A DNA stretch of 64,000 nt from the NCBI RefSeq assembly GCF_006345805.1, contig NC_042998.1, positions 44,392,001 through 44,456,000 of the forward strand, read 5' to 3'. A program made the translations under genes and the position numbers. Under the pieces are notes generated by a model that did not search any database, was not told where the DNA came from, and saw nothing but the letters and a program-made list of their open reading frames with translations. The stretch comes from Octopus sinensis (lineage: Eukaryota). Below are positions 23,816 through 37,305 of this stretch, piece by piece (positions within the stretch are counted from its first letter, which is position 1; the number at the start of each line of letters is the position of its first letter).

Positions 23816-23973
23816 TAAAAAAGTTGAGTGGGGGTGGGGTATCGCACGAGTGGGATTATATAAGAAAAAGGTTTGAAAATGCAATTTAAACGATGTTTAT
23901 TTACTTAACCGGTTTCACTCTTTGGTAAAAGATTGTCAAAAGTTACATTTAAGGAAACATTGAATAATATGGG

Positions 23974-24100
23974 TTCAAAAAAAGTTTTTTACATAATTGT
24001 CACATTGAATATTATGCATTCAAAAAGTTTTTACATAATTGTCACATTGGATATATGAATTCAAAAATGTTTTTTTATACATAATGTCACATTACATGTA
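23974..24100. repeat. About 44-bp tandem subrepeat, 3 diverged units
   Basis: ttcaaaaa(n)gtttttacataattgtcacatt recurs three times; a partial fourth copy lies near 24220. Confidence 0.8.
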
Positions 24101-24518
24101 TAAATATAGTGTTGGTAACAGAGAAGTTCAATAGTGTGATGAGAATATTTGGGAAAATTTGGCAGAAAAGGATAAAACAAATATATTATGGGAATTGGTT
24201 GCGTTAATTATTGGTTGTCGCAAATTGTCACATTACATGTATATATATACAATCTTTGGTATATATATACAGCCTTTTGACAGCAAAAATTAAAATGGAT
24301 TTTTTATACATCTCAGAATATTTTAAGTACAAGGCGAGAATATGTTTTTACTGACCTGTCGGTATTAGCAAAAAGGCTGAACTGAGAGAACAGAGGAAGT
24401 AGCCAATGTGGTGTATACTTCCCCTTTATGCATGAATGATTTTGGGGTTATCAGGAGGTTAGTATGCGGGTGTGAATAGATGTGTCCGTGCCCGCTGGTC
24501 AGATACCGTCTGTTTGTC

Positions 24519-24519
<1 letters not shown>

Positions 24520-24551
<32 letters not shown>

Positions 24552-24741
24552 ACAACAACACACACACACACACACACACACATAGTAAACAAACACACAC
24601 CACATACAAACAACACACATACACACAGAACACACACACCCACACACAACGCACCCACATATATCACATATACACACAGCACACAAATATAATATGTATC
24701 TATATATAACATACACAGATATATAACACACATACACACAC

Positions 24742-24776
<35 letters not shown>

Positions 24777-25351
24777 CACACGCACACATACATACATAAT
24801 ATAAATATCACACAAATACACCTAGCATATATATACACACATACAATACACACATACAGCATGTAAGTAATATACATACACAATATATGCATGCAATATA
24901 CATACGCAGTACATACATATAATATATATATATATAGACAATGCATATACATATATACACATATACATATAAATAGTGTTTACATACACATACATAGATG
25001 TACCACATATACACACAATACACATACATACAACGCATACACATACACGTACGCATACATATAATATATATATACACACACACACACATAACATACATAC
25101 ACAATGTATACATATATATACACGCAATGCACATACATGTATTCATGCATATATAGCACACCTACAATATACAATATACAATGCACACATACACATACAT
25201 ATATACACTTAATTGTACACATACATATACAATACACATACATACAATATACATATACACAATGCGCATGCAAATAATGTACATGTTTATACACACATAA
25301 ACAAGCAAATAAATATACACACACACACATACACACACACACATATATATA

Positions 25352-25398
<47 letters not shown>

Positions 25399-25595
25399 CA
25401 TACATACATACATGCACATACATATATTTTTTCACACACATACACATACATATATATATATATAAAAAATTCACCCCCCCCACACACAAATTACAAACCT
25501 ATAGCGTACACACTCAAATATATCTCTACATGCCGCACACACACACAAACAAAGTACTAACATATACACACATACCATGCATATACACACACAAA

Positions 25596-25650
<55 letters not shown>

Positions 25651-25850
25651 CAAATACACATGTAAATACATACATACGTACACAATGCTCACACACACAC
25701 ACACACACACATATATACACACACCCGCACACAGTGCACACACACATACACACAACGCGCGCGCACACACACACATACACACACACGCACACAGTGCACA
25801 CACACACACACAACACTCACACACATACATCACCTACATATATATAATGC
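24520..25850. repeat. Degenerate (CA)n/(TACA)n-rich simple-sequence array
   Basis: Direct inspection. Confidence 0.9.
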
Positions 25851-26188
25851 ATGCGTGTGCATGCCACGTATGTGTGCGGTCAATGCCCGCTAGTGTGTCC
25901 TATGCGTGCCGATGCGCGCATGTGCCCGCCCGCACGATATGCTGTGAGCGTGCGCGCGTCCCTGTGTGCTTGCTCTGGATGTGTTTCCAGGGGGTATGTT
26001 AGAGTATGTTTAGTTGTGGTCTGAATGCATAATATTCAATGTGACAATTATGTAAAAAACATTTTTTGAACCCATATTATTCAATGTTTCCTTAAATGTA
26101 ACTTTTGACAATCTTTTACCAAAGAGTGAAACCGGTTAAGTAAATAAACATCGTCTAAATTGCATTTTCAAACCTTTTTTCTTATATA

Positions 26189-26556
26189 TATGTATATATA
26201 TATATGTATATATATATGTATATATATGTATATATATATGTATATATATATGTATATATATATGTATATATATATGTATATATATATGTATATATATATA
26301 TGTATGTATATATATATATGTATATATATATGTATGTATTATATATGTATATATATGTATGTATAATATTGTATATATATATGTATATAATATGTACATA
26401 TATATATGTATGTATATATATATATGTATGTATATATATATATGTATATAATATGTATATATATATGTATATATTATGTACATATATATGTATATATATA
26501 TATGTATATATAATATATATGTATATATATATGTATGTATATATATATATGTATAT

Positions 26557-26602
<46 letters not shown>

Positions 26603-26611
26603 ATATATATG

Positions 26612-26646
<35 letters not shown>

Positions 26647-26842
26647 GTATATATGTATATGTAATATATATATAATATATGTATATATATATATGTATAT
26701 ATATATATGTATATATGTATATGTATATATTATATATATGTATATTATATATGTATATATATATATGTATATATTATGTATATATATATATGTATATATT
26801 ATATATATGTATATGTATATATATATATATGTATATTATATG

Positions 26843-26873
<31 letters not shown>

Positions 26874-26904
26874 TGTATATATATATATATGTATGTAATA
26901 TATG

Positions 26905-26936
<32 letters not shown>

Positions 26937-27080
26937 GTATTATATATGTATATATATATATGTATATATATATATGTATATATATATATATGTATATATG
27001 TATATATGTATGTATATATATATATATATATGTATATATATGTATATATATACACATGTATATACATGTATATATATATA
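26189..27080. repeat. (TA)n/(TATATG)n microsatellite
   Basis: Direct inspection. Confidence 0.95.
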
Positions 27081-27084
27081 TACG

Positions 27085-27375
27085 TGGAGGCGCAATGGCC
27101 CAGTCGTTAGGGCAGCGGACTCGCAGTTTCGATTCCCAGACTGGGCGTTGTGTGTTTATTAAGCGAAAACACCTAAAGCTCCACGAGGCTCCGGCAGGGG
27201 TTGGTGGCGATCCCTGCTGTACTCTTTCGCCACAACTTTCTCTCACACTTTCTTCTGTTGGCCTACTCGCTTAGCCAGTGGGGTGGCGTCATTTGAAGGC
27301 TAAAACAATGCAAAGTGCATTGTGACCAGCGATGTGTAGCAACATCTGATAGTCTGGTCGGTCACGGTGACGGTG
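27085..27375 (+). mobile_element. tRNA-derived SINE, family D (single copy in the window)
   Basis: ggaggcgcaatggcccagtcgttagg (A-box-like) and gtttcgattccc (B-box-like), followed by a non-tRNA body; embedded in TA repeats. Confidence 0.7.
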
Positions 27376-27378
27376 ATA

Positions 27379-27409
<31 letters not shown>

Positions 27410-27429
27410 AGGTTCAGTGCAGCCTCTTT

Positions 27430-28760
27430 TATGCGCATTTCTTATTGATGAATCGTTCGATTAAAGCAAGAAAAAAACATAAATCTCTTAAAGAATATAA
27501 TATATATGTATATAGGAAGCCAGTCCGTTAGAAAATTTCTCTTCAAGATAGAAGTATACGAACCAAAATATTTTGCCCTTAACCACTGTAATGTAACTGT
27601 CATCCATGAGACGACGCTACTGCCATTTAGCCCCGGGATTGTATTAATTCGCCTTTGACCATTTTGGTTTGTTAAAATTCTGGCGACGAGGATTAACACT
27701 GAATTCCCCCATCCGCACATAGTTCGTGAACTTATATTATATTAGATTTGCGATACTGTCTCTGTAATTCCCATCGTAGATGGGTAGATTCCTAGGGATT
27801 CCGCTCGCACATTCACAGAAAACAAGGCACAGAGCCAGAATTTAGATCGTGTAGGTGTGGTTTTACCCACTCCGATGTTTACACACGGCCAGTTATACGT
27901 CGATATGAGTAGAGTAATGGGCTATATACTAATGTTATGATTTCCCTCCCTCATTTTATACGTTCATTGTAGATGGATAGATTTGCTAGTTGAAATAACT
28001 AGCCAAAATTGTTACACTTTTGTCAGGGTGTCTCTAGCCAAGAATTATATAACATGATGGCAAATACATGCGTGTGTGTCTTCAGTCAAATTGAACGCTA
28101 TCTCAATGAGTAGGATATCTCCTTGAGTGATATAATGAAGGTTCATGCACAAAATGATATTTATTTTATCCTTCCGAACTAACAATAATAATACAGATAC
28201 TTGTCTGCTTGCTTGTCCGTGTACAAGATATCCAAAGAACAGCTGGATGGATCCGGATGAAACATTCAGGGATGTTTGGCCTTGTGGCAGGCACGGACGG
28301 ATTAGATTTTGGGATCGATCCGGTTCCGAACAAGAATTCTGGATTACTTTTGTTGAATTTACTTTACATGATTACCATCTTACGTTAACTTTCAAGTCTT
28401 TCTCAATTATCTCCCTTTAGGCTGTAACTATTTTGAATGGTGAATTTGTTAACTTTGGCTCGTATTAGATAAGGATAAACTATTTATTACTGTTACTAAA
28501 TTTTCTACAGCAACTTTCACATTCCATGACTACCGTTGGCATCAATCAGGTACCGGACAAGGATTCTGGACAATTTTTCGGTTTTTTTTTTTTTCACTTA
28601 ATTTTTGAGAGCGGTTGAGCTCGTTTTTAGTACTCTCATTTGTGAGAGGAGTCGAGTTTATTTCAGATATTCTAATTTTAAAAATCATCTCTGGCTAATC
28701 GTTGAGAGGACGTTGGTGTTACCTTGGTGGCGGTTTGCTCTCTTAGAGTGCTAATGTTAT
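27430..28760 (+). mobile_element. Helitron/Helentron relic: PIF1-like helicase fragment plus 3' non-coding end
   Basis: 27821-27916 translates NKAQSQNLDRVGVVLPTPMFTHGQLYVDMSRV (helicase motifs V-VI, cf. NKSQGQT...VFSHGQLYVALSRV). Downstream ggatccggatgaaac...ttagattttgggatcgatccgg and ggcggtttgctctcttagagtgct resemble DINE/HINE-type ends. Confidence 0.7.
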
Positions 28761-28764
28761 TGTG

Positions 28765-28818
28765 AAGGCGACGAGCTGGCAAAATCTTTAGCACACCGGG
28801 CGAAATACCGCTAAGCAT
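28765..28818 (+). mobile_element. SINE family B head only
   Basis: aaggcgacgagctggcaaaatctttagcacaccgggcgaaatacc. Confidence 0.6.
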
Positions 28819-28906
28819 TTATATACATATAAATATATTCATGCATCCCCACCACACACGCACACACAATCATTTTCTGCTAAATTTATTTTATACTATA
28901 GCACAG

Positions 28907-28946
<40 letters not shown>

Positions 28947-29578
28947 CGTATAGCTGTGAGGAAGCTGTAAGATGTACTGACGCTCAACTCAGTTTGCACA
29001 GTTCCCTATAGCAGAAAGAGTTGTAAGCTAATGAAAGTAATTATATAAAACTTGTTTTGTTATTCATCTATTAAATAATATGTGAATATGTATGCATGTA
29101 CACGTATGCATATAGAATGGTACTTTCAGTGTTCCATGTTGTTATGTTAGAAATAAAGCCGAGTAGTTAATGGAAACACTGCTGAGACATATTAAGGTTT
29201 TTTTGTGCAACTATGGTATGTGTTCGATAACTTTATCTAGAAAATGAAATTCTAGAATGAGTTTTATTTTTCTTGAAACTGCGGGGAGTCTTTCAAACCT
29301 ATTGTATCACATGGAATATGTCTCCTTCAATATGAATGCATTTTACTTGTTTGTTACATTCCCTACTTCTTATAATATTGACAAAAAATACAGAACCATA
29401 ACAATCAGCGAAATATGCTTCAATAAAGAAAGTATATATATATATAATGTAAATATATATTGATGAAACATATTAGCAAATGCCTACGCGCAAACACAAA
29501 TGGGAGCACATATTTATGTATATATACTTATGTATATATATAATGTGTGTGTGTGTGTGTGTGTGTTAGAGAGAGAGG

Positions 29579-30778
29579 GGGGTTGAGTAAAAAGTAAGCA
29601 ACGTTTTTAACCATGGAGAATTTGCATTGGATGTTTGCTGAGTTTTGAATTTTATTAAACATTTTTTGCAATTGTCTGATAATACAGACATAGACTTGAC
29701 CAAATGCATCAATAAATTAGCATTAATATTTTTCTCCCGTTGTTACAATCATGTGAAATTGAACTGTCAAAGGGTGATATTTGAGCAATTTTGCTATTCA
29801 ACTTCAAAACCGATGTAAAGCAGCTGAAACTGCTCGCGGTATCAACGAAACGTTTGATGAGGACATGACCAGTGAGTGGTCAATTAGAAAATGGTTTCAA
29901 TAATTTTGCAGGGGAGACCTGAGCCTTGAAGATCGTGAGCATAGTGGACGCCCATCTGTAATCGATGACGGTCAATTAAAGACCGTCATTGAGAAAGATC
30001 CACGTAAAATCACAAGGTAAATGACAAAAGAACTTCAAGTTAGGCAGAAAACCGCCGGCAACCATTTTCCTGCGATCGGAAAATCCAAAGAGCTCGACAA
30101 ATGGGTGCCACCCGATTTGAATGAAAATCGGAAAATGCGCAGATATGAAATTTACTCGTCGCTTCTTCTCCGTAACCAGACCGATCCATTTCTCGACCGT
30201 ATGTTCTTCGCAGTGGTTGAACCAAAATGAAGCATCGGAACCCTTCCCTGAACCTGAGCTCTTCAAAAAAAAAGGTTATAGTAACTGTTTGATGGTGTGC
30301 TGCTGGACTCATCTACTATAAATTCTTAAAAGCCGGAATTACAGCAGTAACATTTTGCCATGACATTACCAAATTGAACGAAAAACTGCTACTCATTCGT
30401 CCCAGACCAGTCAACAGATGAGGGTCAATCATTCACTAATGACACTCCAGAAGTTGGAGGAAATTGGCTACGAAGTTCTTCCTCACCCAGCGTATCCCCT
30501 GAACCTTTCTCCTACCGACTACCACTTTTTCAAGCAACTTGATAGTTTCCTGCGACAGAAGGAGTTCAAAAATCAAACCGATGTTGAAAGTGCCTTCAAA
30601 TATTTCAACAGCTCCAGAACTCCAGATGTTTATGTTACTAGAATAAACAAAGTTGTAACTCGCTGGGAAAAAGGTGTTGATTTCACTGGTATTTAATTTG
30701 AGGAATAAAATACACACATTGTTGAAATATATAGTGATGAATTTCATATTTCAAAACGTTGCTTACATTTTACTCAGC

Positions 30779-30782
<4 letters not shown>
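29579..30782 (+). mobile_element. Decayed mariner (Tc1/mariner) transposon, about 1.2 kb, with both TIRs
   Basis: TIRs ggggttgagtaaaaagtaagcaacgtttt (29579-29607) and aaaacgttgcttacattttactcagcctga (30753-30782) followed by TA. Transposase pieces: AAETARGINETF, EDREHSGRP, KWVPPDL, HPAYPLNLSPTDYHFFKQLD; stops, frameshifts and loss of the first catalytic Asp region. Confidence 0.9.
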
Positions 30783-30822
<40 letters not shown>

Positions 30823-30829
30823 ATATTGT

Positions 30830-31360
30830 TTTTATGTTCAGTTAAAATGAAAAACAATATTAATGTGATGGGTTACTCTATACTTTTGTTGAGTACAGAT
30901 GTATTATTCTTGTACAACAATGTAGTTGATAGAAACTTCGAAGTTTCGGCCAGCTACGCCATTTTCTGACTACGATCCATTACAGTTAGTCTTGCTTTTA
31001 TATAGTTTCTGTTGAGTTAAAATTATCTTCGGGTATATAGGTTTGAGTATGTGCTAATTAAGTTTTTATGACTGGTTGTTATGGAAAGGTGCTTTGGAAA
31101 AGTTTTAATTAATTACAGTTGGAATTATATTATTGTTTAAACTTTATTCATGCATGTAGAACTGTGTAAACAAGCTTGTATGAGTTTCTCTTTTGTTAGG
31201 TAGGTACGTGGTGTGACAGTATTTTAGTTACCTCCGTGGAGTTCACAGGAAGTGTGACAAAAGCTTTGAAGGGACACTAAAATAGAAATAAAAATAAAGC
31301 TGAATTAAACACCAAGTATACAGCGCGTGTGGTTAACTGGAAATAATGACCATCCTAAAT
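30830..31360 (-). mobile_element. Probable decayed PLE 3' end with hammerhead remnant (about 30932-30970)
   Basis: Minus strand cagaaaauggc-guagcu-ggccGAAAC (cf. CUGAAGAuggc...gccGAAAC); lies between (TA)n arrays; coding similarity weak. Confidence 0.35.
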
Positions 31361-31435
31361 ACAACGATATACATAATATATATATATATATGATTTATAT
31401 ATATCATATATATCTATCATATATATATATATATG

Positions 31436-31466
<31 letters not shown>

Positions 31467-31531
31467 AGATAGCTATATGATATATATATGATAGATAGAT
31501 ATATGATATATATATGATAGATAGATATATG

Positions 31532-31581
<50 letters not shown>

Positions 31582-31744
31582 GGCGCAGGAGTGACTGTGT
31601 CGTAAGTAGCTTGCTAACCAACCACATGGTTCCGGGTTCAGTCCCACTGCTTGGCATCTTCGGAAAGTGTCTTCTGCTATAGTCCCGGGCCGACCAATGC
31701 CTTGTGAGTGGATTTGGTAGACGGAAACTGAAAGAAGCCTGTCG

Positions 31745-31775
<31 letters not shown>

Positions 31776-31971
31776 TTGTGTGTCTGTGTTTGTCCCCCTA
31801 GCATTGCTTGACAACCAATGCTGGTGTGTTTACGTCCCCGTCACTTGGCGGCAAAAGAGACCGATAGAATAAGTACTGGGCTTACAAAGAATAAGTCCCG
31901 AGGTCGATTTGCTCGACTAAAGGCGGTGCTCCAGCATGGCCGCAGTCAAATGATTGTAACAAGTAAAAGAG
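31582..31971 (+). mobile_element. tRNA-derived SINE, family A, full length
   Basis: ggcgcaggagtgactgtgtcgtaag head, ggttccgggttcagtccc B-box-like segment, internal (TA)/(TG) tract and LINE-like tail; homologous to 53694-54097. Confidence 0.92.
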
Positions 31972-31989
31972 TATATATATCATATATAC

Positions 31990-32160
31990 ATGTATCCTTG
32001 TTTCTCTCCTTGTTTTTTTCTGTGTATCCTTCTGTCGAAGAGCGTAGGCTCGAAATGTAAAAGACTTGTTCTATTTCTATTCCTGAGCTCCATACTAATA
32101 CATTTGTTTGTTTGTACTCCACCTGCCTTCGTCTTTTGTTTATTTTCGTAAACGTTCCCG
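31990..32160 (+). mobile_element. Solo PLE pseudo-LTR fragment with mutated minimal hammerhead (32029-32065)
   Basis: cugucgaa-GAGC-guag-GCUC-gaaauguaaaagac; A6 and C15.2 altered; flanked by TA repeats. Confidence 0.55.
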
Positions 32161-32179
32161 TTATATATATACATATATA

Positions 32180-32232
<53 letters not shown>

Positions 32233-32461
32233 CAAAGATGGCTTGTTGGCAATTTTTCAACCGAAAGGCAAAAGTATATACGTCACTAAAGCGAGTGAGG
32301 GTGCTATCCAGAAATAAGAGTCAAAACAAATCATTGTTTACTGGCAAGGGAGCTAAGCTCCCTAAACACCAGTGATTTCGCATTTACATTAATGCTCGTC
32401 AGTGGCTCTCATTGGCGTCTTGCTATTAAGCCACCCTTATTATATATATATATATATATAG

Positions 32462-32921
32462 TATATAAAATCCGTTCTGTCTGTCTGTGTGTGTGTCTTC
32501 TAGGATCTCGGGCATTCTCTATCCGATTGCGCACAAATTTGATATGTAGATACCGACGGTATCAGGGCTTGTATAAGTTTTGAGAATATTACAAAAATCG
32601 ATTCCAGGTGAGAATGCGATCGATAAAGCCGTTTTTGTCCTGCTTTTCTCCGTCAACCTGTACATAACTGCACCTTCCATTTTTTGTTGTTTTCGCACTG
32701 CTTAAAGGCACGTTTCTTTCCTTTTTTGTGTGAATAAAATCATTTTTCTTTGGAATAGAAAAAAGTCTATCTTTATTTCTTCTTTTGCTGATGTCTCAAA
32801 TTTAGGTTAATTCAGTGTTTCTCAAGGGGAGACCTATGGGACGGTCGGACAAGTTGTGTTGAGAAAATTTTGTTTCAATGTTTCACAACTCAGCACCGTC
32901 CAGTGGGCGGGGGGGTTGCCC

Positions 32922-32922
<1 letters not shown>
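32462..32922 (+). mobile_element. Non-autonomous Helitron-like element, copy 2
   Basis: Shares about 165 bp at the 5' end and about 140 bp at the 3' end with 396-757; the core differs. Confidence 0.55.
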
Positions 32923-32954
<32 letters not shown>

Positions 32955-34279
32955 CATGCACGTGTATGTGTGTGTGTGTGCGCGCGTGTGTGTGTGTGTG
33001 TGTGTGTGTAATAATACATGAACCACTACAGGCATACATATACTGTCAAACTACCATTCGCAGCGAAAATGGAGTATTATTCTAGTCACCTACCCTTTCG
33101 TGTAAATCTAAATAAATTTCGATCCTATCAAAATGTCTGAAAATTTCTCCTGTCGGCTATTAAAAACATAAGTTACTTGGACATATTTAGCTAAAGTTAA
33201 ACCATCCAATGTTAGGCAAGTTAAGCAGCTTCAACAGACATCTCTCGATTGTTTGAAAAATAGCTGTCACAGAAAGTGGCTTGTATTTCTAAATCTTGTA
33301 AAATCAAACTTTTTCAAAATACTGTGAATAGCTGCCGTTGAAGAGAAACAAGCAAGTTATTCACTACTTTCATATCCACCGCCATCTCTCATTTCACATA
33401 TATTTCCTTATATAACTAATTCGACATACATTCCCGCAGAGTATATAAAGCAGGAAAAGAGTTTGAAACGGTAGTTTGAGGTGACTGTAGTTAGATTTTT
33501 GTAAACTATCTTTAGACAGCACAGTTTTTGACAACAGACTTAAATTGACGACTGTCTTGCTAGGGGCTGTATGAAAGCATAAGATAACAATTATTGGACA
33601 AATACTCTCTATACAATTGCTACCGCCCTAACAAAACATGTATGTGGTGATTATGGTGATTGATGTGGTGATAATTAAATTTCCCGTTGATATTTGGCCA
33701 GCAAAATTACAAAACTATTGGGAAATGTCATCAACTTGTTCTGCGGAATCGGATATTTGGATTACATCAAAAGTCGTGAAGAAACAATAAGCCCACCAGA
33801 CAACAAACGCAAGCTGAATACACAAATGCTTGAAATGTACGGTGATTCTGCACACTAAATTCTTGAGGTCATATTAATAATTCTAAAACATGTACTCAAG
33901 ATATTGAGTAGAAATTTCTCTTACGGAAAACGATTACTGCAACAAAGGAAAAATTAATTAGCTACAAGTTTGCCTCAAACTAATAAGGCGTATCCTAGAC
34001 AAAAGCAAATTACCTTAAATATGAAAAGAAAGTCACCTTCTTAAGAATTACTTTTGGTCTGAAAGTTGAGAAAGATTTCAAATATAATGAATCGTGGTTG
34101 AACGAAATCACAAAGGAATACTTCACCGATCATGAGTAAAACATAAACCTTATTACGTATTTGTTGAATTGTCCTTAAATCTGTTGCAAAGCTGCGTCAT
34201 ACTGAAAAGGTTCCAAATGGGATATACTAATTTAAAATTGTTTCAGTCTTTCATTTTTATTTATATTTCAATAAAGTAT

Positions 34280-34488
34280 AAGGCGGCAACACGTTAGCTT
34301 AGCGATATTTCGTCTGTCGTTACGTTCTGTGTTCAAATTCCGCCGAGGTCGACTTTGCCTTTCATCCTTTCGGGGTCGATAAATAAAAGTACCAGTTTCG
34401 CACTGGGGTAGATGTAATCGACTTAATCCCTTCGTCTGTCCTTGTTTGTCCCCTCTATGTTTAACCCCTTGTGGGCAATAAAAAAATA
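34280..34488 (+). mobile_element. tRNA-derived SINE, family B (head partly deleted)
   Basis: gttcaaattccgccgaggtcgactttgcctttcatcctttcggggtcgataaataaaagtaccag; near-identical to 61190-61350. Confidence 0.9.
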
Positions 34489-34949
34489 TATATTTCGATA
34501 AAACTTTATAATAGATTCAATGTGCGATTTCCTATTTCGCTCTCCAGTAAAGCTCTGACTTTTCTTTTTGCTTTGTTTGAAGTCTTGTTTCATTTCACCT
34601 TCCAGTCCCAATTCGTTGAATTGTTCCTCTTTGATCTCCACCCATTCCACTGTTACAACGTCTTTCTTATTTTTCTTTTCTTTCTTTACATTTTCTATTA
34701 ATGGATTTTACCTAAATAGTTTCAAATATATATTGGGCTGTGACTGCTCTTTCTCTTCCGGTCTTTTTACTTTTTACTTCCCCATGACTTATTTCTTTCC
34801 TTAAACTTTACCTTTTCATTCTGCCTTGGCAAATTAACTGGCTCTGTCTAGATTTGTTCTCTCATTTTCACTTCACTTTTCTTTCTCATTCGAAGGTGAA
34901 GGGCAAAGATCAAACACGTAACATTCTTGATTCTTCACTCCAATTAAAA

Positions 34950-35900
34950 TTATCAAATTTTCTTATGGTCTAAATTTGTCGAAACACATCTCCAGGTTCC
35001 TTTGATTATACACATCCATAAAAGCTCTCAGCCATGTTAATCCTTCTGACCAAAAAGATCCAGTTTCTTTCAAACTTGCTATTTACATAAGGATAATCCT
35101 TACAATTTTCCTCTTGATTATGTAGTTTGTACATGCTATCCTCGCGAGTCACGCTACAACTTATGTCCTCCATCAACTTATGTCCTCCATCCTTTAGACT
35201 CTTTCTTTCATGCGCCCACTCTTTATTGACATCCCAGTCTATTGACAACTAGGTTGACTTGTTTTATCAAGTAAAAACAAATCATAATGTCTAGGTACTA
35301 CTTCGGCTTTGCAACACGATTTAGAAACACCAGAGCCCTTACTAAATACATCTACATCCTTCACTCATTTGTGTATACAGTGGTAATGGTGCTGTCTTTC
35401 AAGTTTATTCTTATTTAACGCCCTTTTAGTTCAAGACTATAAAATTCATCCTGCCGTATCTTCGTCTCACATTGATGATGTTGCATCACTATTTTCGCGC
35501 ACAAATAAAGATATTCGGGCGTTGGTTACACAGCTTGAATAGACTGAAAGGGATAATATACATATCGCCGGAATATACTCTAACACTGCATAGACACGTC
35601 ACTTATGTCACTTAGGGATGTCATTCCAATTCCAATTTGATGTCTGAGTGGGAAAGGAAGTACACAAACCTCAAGAGCAATCGCTACCTGGCTAATTCCA
35701 TTCTGGCTAATATGTTCCATATTACCTTCTTGCTTAGCAATGTGCAGTGGATACCTAACTCGTTCTCTTGTCTGCCCATTATCTTAACTAGTGCCAATCT
35801 GTCTTGTGATAATATCCTGAGCCTCTTCTTGTTTTTCTGGTGGAATATTTCTTTATTTGGTATTCAACTCATTTCAATTCATATATTCTCTATAATTACA
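34950..35900 (-). pseudogene. Possible decayed non-LTR (RTE-like) RT fragment
   Basis: Minus-strand peptide ...DYPYVNSKFERNWIFLVRRINMAESFYG weakly resembles the F.YLG...RI..A...F post-RT region. Confidence 0.25.
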
Positions 35901-36902
35901 ATTAATTTGTCATTTTCAGCTGTGCTCAACAAATGAACTCAACAGTATTCTACACGTTTTCTTTTCTTTCTGCCAACGTTATTATTTATGTAACACAAAC
36001 AGTAGGCTCTAAAGAATCGGAAAGTGTTAGGTAGAAGCGGGTCTTTACTATTAAAAAAAAAATCCTCTGCCTCTAATGTTGCAATTTTTCAAAAACACTG
36101 TACAGCCAATTCTCATGAAACATAGAGGGAGATCAAAAAACGGTAGAGCGAATAAAAATAAAATAATCAATCGTTCAAATTTTACTTTTTCTGATAACTC
36201 AGGACATGCTTTGATTATATTGTAATCTCATTAGGATGCTCAATCAATCTCTCTATTTTAGGTCTACTTTATGTGAAAGCTCGGTTTACCTGTGACTACA
36301 TACGTTTCCAAAGGAATGCTGCAGTGATACAGTCTCTCTGTGTGACTCTGTTTATTTTATCACTCAACCAACAACCGGTTTTTCCCTAGAAAGAACCACT
36401 AGGTAAATTTCAGAATCGGCAATAGTAAGAAACACCAAGTAATGTATAAGTCTTTGTTAGGAAATATCACGGGAAACTGCAGGTATGGGATCGAATTATA
36501 GCGAAAATAAATCTTCTCAGTTGTTAGGTGAATGCGGGAAACTGCTTTTTCAAATAAAATTTATTTCTCCTTCTCTCTCTCTCTCCCTCTCTCTCTTTCT
36601 CTCTCCCCCCATTTCACTCTCCTCTTCCATGCAATAACAACTACATTTCCCCATTTATTAACGAATATGCATCCTACGAAAATTGATGCGAGCAAAATTA
36701 GCGACAAAACACATTCCTACAAATTGTCCTTTTGCAAGACAAATACTACAATACATTTATATACTAACGTTAGTGGTACCAATATTTTGGATACTCGAAT
36801 GTTCAACAGCGGAACTGGCTTTATTGTTAATAAACATTAAATAGAGTTTTCACAACAGTAGCAATATAAAACAGGCTCTACATTAATGGGTGGAGAAATA
36901 CT

Positions 36903-37305
36903 TACTCTTTACTCTTTTACTTGTTTCAGTCATTTGAGTGCGGCCATGCTGGAGCACGGCCTTTAGTCGAGGAAATCGACGTCAGGACTTATTCTTTGTA
37001 AGCCTAGTCCTTATTCTATCGGACATTTTTGACGAACCGCTAAGTTACAGGGACTTACACACAGCAGCATCGGTTGTAGAGTGATGTTGGGGGGGGACAA
37101 ATAGAGACGCTCAAACACACACACATATATATATATACATACATATATACGACGGGATTCTTTCAGTTTCCGTCCACTAAATCCACTCACAAAGCTTTGG
37201 TCGGCCCGAAGCTATAGTAGAAGACACCTGCCCAAGGTGCCACGCAGTGGGACTGAACCCGGAACCATGTGGTTGGTAAACAAGCTACTTACTACACAGC
37301 CACTC
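36903..37305 (-). mobile_element. tRNA-derived SINE, family A
   Basis: Reverse complement of 53694-54097, including the (tcttttac) tail. Confidence 0.92.

Larger units (their letters stand above)
23857..26188 (-). mobile_element. PLE-derived insertion with about 166-bp inverted terminal arms enclosing an endonuclease relic and a 1.3-kb CA-rich array
   Basis: 23857-24022 and 26022-26188 are inverted (2 substitutions and 1 indel seen); the arms carry a degenerate minimal hammerhead (acuu-uugacaa...GAAAC-CG-GUU-aagu); weak endonuclease-like peptide on the minus strand at about 24290-24520. Confidence 0.6.

Noticed and set aside
23974-24245. CRISPR-like repeat-spacer array
   Set aside because: Units are diverged and nearly contiguous, without unique equal-length spacers; eukaryotic context and no cas genes.
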